A stretch of DNA of 21,640 bases from a virus. Lineage: Duplodnaviria > Heunggongvirae > Uroviricota > Caudoviricetes. The notes below the pieces were generated by a model, which saw only the letters and a list, made by a program, of their open reading frames with translations, made no database searches and was not told the DNA's origin. Within the stretch, counting starts at the first letter, position 1. The number at the start of each line of letters is the position of its first letter. Position numbers and translations under genes: made by a program. Where the stretch lies: positions 1 to 21,640 of the IMG/VR virus record IMGVR_UViG_2671180903_000016; one strand, given 5' to 3'. Below, one piece after another: positions 15,876 through 21,640 of this stretch.

Positions 15876-16598
15876 ATGTACGGAGTTATCGTTATGGCCA
15901 CTCAGATTTCTGTCGAAACTCTTTCCCCAATTACACACAACCAAATTCCCGTTATCACTACCGAGTTACTGGCACAGCTTTACTGTACCGAGATCAACAA
16001 CATCAAAGTAAATTACACCCGTAATTCCGAGCGTTTTGTTGAGGGTAAACACTTTTTCAAGGTTGTTGGTGATGAGTTGAAAATTTTGCGGGTTACTTTA
16101 AGTAACTCACAAAATTTGCAACCATCTTTAAGAGGGTTACAAATTTCCCCGAAAGCCCGCTCCCTCATCCTCTGGACAGAACGCGGAGCAGCCCGTCACG
16201 CCAAAATGCTCGAAACCGATCAGGCGTGGGAAGTGTTCGAAAAACTGGAAGACTGCTATTTCAGCCAGTGCGAGAAAAATACTGGCAAACAAGAGAAGAA
16301 GCTCAACGGGCTTTCCGCAAAAGAAACAGACAGCCTTGTATGGCTGTGGGATTATGCTAACCGCTCACAGGCATTATTCCGCGAATTGTATCCAGCGCTA
16401 AAGCAAATTCAATCGAACTATTCCGGCAGATGTTACGACTACGGTCATGAGTTCTCGTATGTTATTGGAATGGCGAGAGACGTTTTAATCAATCACACAC
16501 GAGATGTTGATATTAATGAGCCAGACGGACCAACGAATCTTTCCGCATGGGTAAGGCTTAAGAACAAAGAATTACCTCCTTCACTACATCGCTACTGA
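15876..16598 (+). CDS. ORF6N/KilA-N-type domain protein (antirepressor-like), 240 aa (alternative start at 15894)
   Basis: N-terminal segment ([40 protein letters not shown]) fits the ORF6N-domain pattern as recalled; followed by a strong terminator. Confidence 0.6.
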   Translation: MYGVIVMATQISVETLSPITHNQIPVITTELLAQLYCTEINNIKVNYTRNSERFVEGKHFFKVVGDELKILRVTLSNSQNLQPSLRGLQISPKARSLILWTERGAARHAKMLETDQAWEVFEKLEDCYFSQCEKNTGKQEKKLNGLSAKETDSLVWLWDYANRSQALFRELYPALKQIQSNYSGRCYDYGHEFSYVIGMARDVLINHTRDVDINEPDGPTNLSAWVRLKNKELPPSLHRY

Positions 16599-16615
16599 CA
16601 ATTGACAACTTAACA

Positions 16616-16639
16616 AACCCAGCTTCGGCTGGGTTTTTT
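16616..16639 (+). terminator. Rho-independent terminator
   Basis: AACCCAGC-ttcg-GCTGGGTT followed by TTTTTTA. Confidence 0.75.
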
Positions 16640-16666
16640 ATTGGTGAATTTTCAATATGAGAGGAC

Positions 16667-17395
16667 ATGACAATGAACGAGCTGATAAATAGCAACGTCA
16701 TCAAAATTACCAGCATTGAAATCTCTGAGCTTACAGGTAAGCGTCATGACAATGTGAAACGTACTATCGAAATGCTGGCTAAAAATGGTGTTATCCGACA
16801 TCCTCAAATTGAGGATTGTGGAAGAATCAATGGGTTAGGCTTAAATCAAAGTTTTCGTGTGTATGTATTCGAAGGCGAACAAGGTAAGCGAGACAGCATT
16901 ATTGTCGTTGCCCAGTTGTCGCCGGAATTCACCGCTCGTCTTGTTGACCGTTGGCGAGAGCTTGAAGACGCTGCGGTTAATATCCCCAAAACTCTACCAG
17001 AAGCGTTGCGCCTTGCTGCTGATCTTGCTGAGCAGAAAATGCAACTGGAAAACCAGCTCGCAATTGCCGCACCTAAAGTTGAGTTTGCCGATCGCGTTGG
17101 CGAGGCCAGCGGAATTTTGATTGGAAACTATGCAAAGGTTGTTGGTATTGGTCCAAACAAACTGTTTGCGTGGATGCGCGAACACAAAATCCTTATTGCT
17201 TCAGGTTCCCGGCGCAATGTGCCAATGCAGGAATATATGGATCGCGGCTATTTCACAGTGAAAGAAACAGCGGTCAATACAAATCACGGAATACAGATAT
17301 CGTTCACCACAAAAATCACCGGGCGTGGTCAACAGTGGCTGACCAGAAAGCTGCTAGATAACGGAATGCTTAAAGTAACAGGGGAGGCTGCTTAA
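16667..17395 (+). CDS. Rha-family regulatory protein with C-terminal KilAC/antirepressor domain (242 aa)
   Basis: N-terminal Rha-like region ([24 protein letters not shown]) and C-terminal Ant-like region as recalled; GAGAGGA RBS. Confidence 0.75.
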   Translation: MTMNELINSNVIKITSIEISELTGKRHDNVKRTIEMLAKNGVIRHPQIEDCGRINGLGLNQSFRVYVFEGEQGKRDSIIVVAQLSPEFTARLVDRWRELEDAAVNIPKTLPEALRLAADLAEQKMQLENQLAIAAPKVEFADRVGEASGILIGNYAKVVGIGPNKLFAWMREHKILIASGSRRNVPMQEYMDRGYFTVKETAVNTNHGIQISFTTKITGRGQQWLTRKLLDNGMLKVTGEAA

Positions 17396-18000
17396 TGGCT
17401 AAACCAGCGCGAAGGAAATGCAAAATCTGTAAGGAATGGTTTCACCCGGCATTCTCAAATCAGTGGTGGTGCAGCCCGGAACACGGAACTAAATTAGCGC
17501 TCGAACGACGAAATAAAGAACGCGAAAAGGCGGAAAAAACAGCAGAGAAGAAACGACGACGAGAGGAGCAGAAACAGAAAGATAAAATTAAGATTCGAAA
17601 ACTCGCCTTAAAGCCCCGCAGTTACTGGATTAAACAAGCCCAACAAGCCGTAAACGCCTTCATCAGAGAAAGAGACCGCGACTTACCATGTATCTCGTGC
17701 GGAACGCTCACGTCTGCTCAGTGGGATGCCGGACATTACCGGACAACTGCTGCGGCACCTCAACTCCGATTTGATGAACGCAATATTCACAAGCAATGCG
17801 TGGTGTGCAACCAACATAAAAGCGGAAATCTCGTTCCGTATCGCGTCGAACTGATTAACCGCATCGGGCAGGAAGCAGTAGACGAAATCGAATCAAACCA
17901 TAACCGCCATCGCTGGACTATCGAAGAGTGCAAGGCGATCAAGGCAGGGTACCAACAGAAACTCAAAGACCTGCGAAACAGCAGAAGTGAGGCCGCATGA
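17395..18000 (+). CDS. ninG: NinG (Rap) structure-specific endonuclease, 201 aa
   Basis: Near-identical to lambda NinG as recalled ([10 protein letters not shown]...[10 protein letters not shown]...); overlapping start. Confidence 0.9.
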   Translation: MAKPARRKCKICKEWFHPAFSNQWWCSPEHGTKLALERRNKEREKAEKTAEKKRRREEQKQKDKIKIRKLALKPRSYWIKQAQQAVNAFIRERDRDLPCISCGTLTSAQWDAGHYRTTAAAPQLRFDERNIHKQCVVCNQHKSGNLVPYRVELINRIGQEAVDEIESNHNRHRWTIEECKAIKAGYQQKLKDLRNSRSEAA

Positions 18001-18191
18001 CGTTCACCGTAAAAACCATTCCTGACATGCTCCTTGAGGCATATGGAAATCAGACCGAGGTAGCCCGAATACTGAACTGCAATCGTGCCACAGTCAGAAA
18101 ATACATTGGCGATAAAGAAGGGAAAAAGCACGCCGTCGTCAATGGCGTCCTTATGGTTCATCGCGGATGGGGTAAAGATACTGATGCGTGA
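17997..18191 (+). CDS. ninH: NinH (64 aa)
   Basis: [58 protein letters not shown] matches lambda NinH as recalled. Confidence 0.85.
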
Positions 18192-18618
18192 TATCCGGCA
18201 GGTTCTTGAGCGCTGGGGTGCATGGGCGGCAAATAACCATGAGGATGTTACATGGTCGCCCATTGCTGCCGGATTTAAGGGACTGATCCCCGAAAAAGTA
18301 AAATCACGTCCACAGTGTTGTGACGATGACGCGATGATTATATGCGGGTGTATGGCTCGCCTTAACAGGAACAACAGCGATCTGCATGACTTGCTGGTTG
18401 ATTATTACGTGTTGGGGGAGACGTTCATGGCGCTGGCACGGAAACATGGGTGCTCTGACACCTGTATAGGTAAACGCCTTCACAAAGCGGAGGGGATTGT
18501 TGAAGGCATGCTGATGATGCTGGGAGTGAGGCTTGAGATGGATCGGTATGTTGAGCGTGAATTGCCGGGAGGGAGAACCTCTGTATTTTATCAGCGAAAA
18601 AATAGTTTACGATCGTAA
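18184..18618 (+). CDS. Q: Late antiterminator Q, 933W type (144 aa)
   Basis: [25 protein letters not shown]...[17 protein letters not shown] matches the Stx-phage Q as recalled; ATG overlaps the ninH stop. Confidence 0.8.
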
Positions 18619-18868
18619 AAATCTGCATATCATGATAAGAGTGGTTACATTGCCACGCTGCTTAACCCGCTGATGCGCGGGTTTTTTTGTACCCAGAATC
18701 CTGTGAGCTATACGGAAAGTACACAGAAAGGAAGGTGCGACCACAATTAATAACAAAATCTTAAAAATTGCACATGGCACTATTAGTTTTCTAAATATTG
18801 TGTATTTTTTGTATTGCAGGATGACCCTGTAACGAAGTTTGCGTAACAGCATTTTGCTCTACGAGTTT

Positions 18869-18897
18869 GCCAGCCTCCCCCAGTGGCTGGCTTTTTT
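18869..18897 (+). terminator. Rho-independent terminator (candidate tR') downstream of Q
   Basis: GCCAGCC-tcccccagt-GGCTGGC followed by TTTTTT. Confidence 0.6.
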
Positions 18898-18899
18898 AT

Positions 18900-19019
18900 G
18901 TCCGTAGCGTCAAAGCAGCAATGTCGCTGGGGCGTCGTGCAATTGGCGTTGAGCTGGAGACTGAACGTTTTGAGCAGACGGTCAGGGAAGTTCAGGATTT
19001 AGTCAGTCAGAACGGATGA
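18900..19019 (+). pseudogene. 3'-terminal remnant of a DNA methyltransferase gene
   Basis: The in-frame translation SVKAAMSLGRRAIGVELETERFEQTVREVQDLVSQNG resembles the conserved C-terminal motif of N6/N4 methyltransferases; no upstream catalytic region is present. Confidence 0.4.
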
Positions 19020-19059
19020 TATTGCAGGATTAGTTACGTACCGTTATTATCCTGCGCCC

Positions 19060-19135
19060 GGCCCTTTAGCTCAGTGGTGAGAGCGAGCGACTCATAATCG
19101 CCAGGTCGCTGGTTCAAATCCAGCAAGGGCCACCA
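19060..19135 (+). tRNA. ileZ: tRNA-Ile2-like (anticodon CAU)
   Basis: Hand-folded cloverleaf: acceptor GGCCCTT/AAGGGCC, anticodon loop CTCATAA, T-loop TTCAAAT, 3' CCA; close to E. coli tRNA-Ile2 as recalled. Confidence 0.85.
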
Positions 19136-19144
19136 TATCACATA

Positions 19145-19221
19145 CCGCCATTAGCTCATCAGGACAGAGCGCCAGCCTTCGAAGCTGGTTGCGCGGGGTT
19201 CGGGTCCCCGGTGGCGGTCCA
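19145..19221 (+). tRNA. tRNA-Arg-like (anticodon UCG by hand fold), atypical
   Basis: Cloverleaf with perfect anticodon stem CCAGC/GCTGG and loop CTTCGAA; unusual C1-G72 pair and T-loop TTCGGGT. Confidence 0.55.
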
Positions 19222-19234
19222 TTATCGGTATTCT

Positions 19235-19311
19235 GCGTTGTTAGCTCAGCCGGACAGAGCAATTGCCTTCTAAGCAATCGGTCACTGGTTCGAATCCAGT
19301 ACAACGCGCCA
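19235..19311 (+). tRNA. tRNA-Arg (anticodon UCU)
   Basis: Acceptor GCGTTGT/ACAACGC, anticodon stem ATTGC/GCAAT, loop CTTCTAA, T-loop TTCGAAT, 3' CCA. Confidence 0.85.
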
Positions 19312-19550
19312 CACTTATTTTCCCTGGCTCGCTTTTGCGGGCCTTTTTTTTAAATGTCTCACAATTCAGGCGGTTGACTGTTGTCTGGTTTGCGGGGAGT
19401 TTGTTAAAAGAAACTGGCATGGTGAATCCCCCTGTGCGGAGGGGCAATCAGCAACCAGGTATATGTGATAATCGCGGATTCAGGTGCTGATACTGAATTC
19501 ACCGGGAGGCACCCGGCACCATGCAAGAAAAAGAATGTGCATGCAAACAT

Positions 19551-19574
19551 GCCCCTCTCCGGAGGGGCTTTTTT
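19551..19574 (+). terminator. Rho-independent terminator between the tRNA cluster and the esterase gene
   Basis: GCCCCTC-tccg-GAGGGGC followed by TTTTTT. Confidence 0.7.
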
Positions 19575-19701
19575 ATGGGTAAAAAATGCCCGAATGGGTT
19601 CGGGCAATAGCATGAGATACTGATATTGTTGTGTTGTTATCGTGTGGATTTTAACCAGGGTTTATCAGGCTGCGCAACTGCGTGGCCTTTTTTCATTTCT
19701 T

Positions 19702-19746
19702 GGGCTGTAGTCCCCGTGTGTCATTCAGGCTTCCGGACTACAGCCC
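19702..19746. repeat. Perfect 12-bp inverted repeat (GGGCTGTAGTCC ... GGACTACAGCCC) with 21-nt spacer
   Basis: Read directly; sits about 45 nt upstream of the esterase start codon. Confidence 0.7.
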
Positions 19747-19789
19747 ACTCCATATCTGATTTAATACACTATCCCGGCCGGGAGGAATA

Positions 19790-21640
19790 ATGACATTTAA
19801 ACATTATGATGTTGTCAGGGCGGCGTCGCCGTCAGACCTTGCGGAAAAGCTGACACACAAACTGAAAGAGGGCTGGCAGCCGTTTGGTAGTCCGGTGGCC
19901 ATAACCCCTTATACCCTGATGCAGGCGATTACAGCAGAAGGTGATGTGGTGGTCAGTGGTGCAACTGAGCCGGATTGGTACTACGTCATCGTACTGGCCG
20001 GGCAGTCCAATGCCATGGCTTACGGTGAAGGGCTTCCGCTGCCGGATTCATACGATGCTCCGGATCCGCGCATTAAACAGCTGGCGCGCCGCAGTACAGT
20101 GACGCCGGGTGGGGCTGCCTGCAGATATAACGATATTATTCCGGCCGACCACTGCCTGCATGATGTGCAGGATATGAGTACGCTGAATCATCCGAAGGCA
20201 GACCTGAGCAAAGGGCAGTACGGCTGTGTCGGCCAGGGTTTACATATTGCCAAAAAACTGCTCCCGTATATCCCGAATAACGCGGGGATCCTGCTGGTAC
20301 CATGCTGTCGTGGTGGTTCGGCATTCACCCAGGGCGCGGAGGGGACATTCAGTGCGGACACGGGGGCCAGCCAGGATTCGGCACGCTGGGGTGTGGGTAA
20401 ACCGTTATATCAGGACCTGATTGCGCGCACTAAAGCTGCATTACAGAAGAACCCGAAAAATGTGTTGCTGGCGGTGTGCTGGATGCAGGGAGAGTTTGAC
20501 ATGAGCGCCGCCACCCACGCACAGCAACCTGCGCTGTTTACAGCCATGCTGACACAGTTTCGTGCTGACCTCTCCGTGTTTAACGCGCAGTGCCATGGTG
20601 GCAGTGCTGCAGATGTGCCGTGGATTTGTGGTGACACGACGTATTACTGGAAAAATACATACGCTACCCAGTACGACACCGTGTACGGCGGGTATAAAAA
20701 CAGGGAGAGTGAGGGCGTTTATTTTGTGCCCTTCATGACAGACGGTAACGGCGTCAATACCGCCACTAACGCGCCGGCAGAAGATCCGGATATTCCGGCA
20801 TCAGGATATTACGGTGCGGCATCGAGAACGAATGGAAACCAGGTATCATCAAACCGCCCGACACATTTCAGTTCATGGGCGCGCAGGAGCATTATTCCGG
20901 ATCGTCTGGCAACCGCTATTCTGAACGCAGCCGGGCGCACCTCAGCCTTCATCAGTGGTAAGGCACCGGAAATTAAACCCTCGCCCGGCGGCAACACGCC
21001 ATCGGGTCCGTCTGCAGATACGTCCGTTCGCACAATCTCCCTGCTGCCGGCAGCCGGAGAGGCTGCTGCGCAGGGCTGGAGCATTAAGGATGGCGGAATT
21101 CAGTTGTCAGATGGTGTATTTAAGATCACCAAGCAGAGCAATAAAACCTGGTCCCTGACGCATCCGGTGGATGACGCAATTACCCTGCTGACACAGGGCG
21201 GCAGACTGACCTGTAAGTTCCGCCTGTCAGGCGCACTGACCAACAATCAGTTCGGGCTGGGGATTTATCTGTATACGGATGCTCCCGTTCCTGATGGTGT
21301 GGCGATGACGGGTACCGGTAATCCGTTCCTGATGTCGTACTTCACTCAGACCACTGACGGCAGAGTGAATCTGATGCATCACAGGAAAGCCGGAAACACG
21401 AAGCTGGGGGAGTTCGGCGATTACGGTAACGACTGGCAGACGCTGGAGCTGGTGTTCACCGCCGGCAGTGCCACGGTTACTCCGAAACTGAATGGAGTGG
21501 CTGGCCCGGCATTCCAGGTTATAAAAGACAGTCTGACACTGGGACTGAATGCGCTGACGCTGACGGATGTTACAAAAAATGCAGCGTATGGCGTTGAGAT
21601 AGAAAGTCTGATGCTGGAGATAAATGCACCGGCAGCATAA
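19790..21640 (+). CDS. NanS-p-like 9-O-acetyl sialate esterase (N-terminal DUF1737-like, SASA/SGNH esterase core), 616 aa
   Basis: GGGAGG RBS; GQSN motif (VLAGQSNAMAYGEG) and overall architecture match the large esterase ORF found downstream of stx in Stx phages, as recalled; stop at the window end. Confidence 0.75.
   Translation: MTFKHYDVVRAASPSDLAEKLTHKLKEGWQPFGSPVAITPYTLMQAITAEGDVVVSGATEPDWYYVIVLAGQSNAMAYGEGLPLPDSYDAPDPRIKQLARRSTVTPGGAACRYNDIIPADHCLHDVQDMSTLNHPKADLSKGQYGCVGQGLHIAKKLLPYIPNNAGILLVPCCRGGSAFTQGAEGTFSADTGASQDSARWGVGKPLYQDLIARTKAALQKNPKNVLLAVCWMQGEFDMSAATHAQQPALFTAMLTQFRADLSVFNAQCHGGSAADVPWICGDTTYYWKNTYATQYDTVYGGYKNRESEGVYFVPFMTDGNGVNTATNAPAEDPDIPASGYYGAASRTNGNQVSSNRPTHFSSWARRSIIPDRLATAILNAAGRTSAFISGKAPEIKPSPGGNTPSGPSADTSVRTISLLPAAGEAAAQGWSIKDGGIQLSDGVFKITKQSNKTWSLTHPVDDAITLLTQGGRLTCKFRLSGALTNNQFGLGIYLYTDAPVPDGVAMTGTGNPFLMSYFTQTTDGRVNLMHHRKAGNTKLGEFGDYGNDWQTLELVFTAGSATVTPKLNGVAGPAFQVIKDSLTLGLNALTLTDVTKNAAYGVEIESLMLEINAPAA

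Noticed and set aside
19521-19610. 29-aa plus-strand ORF (MQEKECACKHAPLRRGFFMGKKCPNGFGQ)
   Set aside because: It spans a strong terminator hairpin and T-run, which makes translation implausible; likely chance ORF.
18607-19613. Minus-strand ORFs 18607..18852, 19092..19304, 19241..19447, 19404..19613
   Set aside because: They overlap the Q-distal regulatory region, the tRNA genes and terminators on the opposite strand; no RBS; taken as spurious.
19312-19789. stxA/stxB coding sequences
   Set aside because: Searched by eye between the tRNA cluster and the esterase gene on both strands: no ORF of suitable size or composition, only hairpins and short spurious ORFs.
1-21640. Insertion sequences or transposases
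   Set aside because: No transposase-like ORF or terminal inverted repeats flanking a gene block were seen; the mosaicism looks like phage modular exchange.

Overview
This window reads as the early half of a mosaic lambdoid prophage, running from the integrase at the left edge to the start of the late operon. All calls rest on reading the supplied ORF translations and sequence by eye and on recalled protein families; no search or computation was run. In order: int and an excisionase-like gene; a run of small early-left genes (DUF551-like, Ea22-like, TraR-like zinc finger, lambda orf61/63/60a-like); a lambda-type exo-bet-gam-kil-cIII-ea10 block; a 933W/H-19B-type N; an immunity region with a LexA-like cI and divergent cro flanked by TGATAAAT-type operator repeats; cII, lambda-type O (six ori iterons), P and ren; a nin region with NinB/E/G/H, a Lar-like gene, a Dam-like methyltransferase and two antirepressor-like insertions; a 933W-type Q; three tRNA genes; and a NanS-p-like esterase. 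The strongest candidate for an undescribed system is an AT-rich three-gene cassette (113, 144 and 206 aa, the last with a C-terminal membrane anchor) sitting between cI and oL/pL, where lambda carries rexA/rexB. A second candidate is an unassigned 156-aa ORF in the ral/sieB slot next to N. Other points worth a second look are the absence of stx genes between the tRNAs and nanS-p, a Lar-like gene apparently frameshifted at a G7 tract, and a methyltransferase C-terminal remnant downstream of Q.
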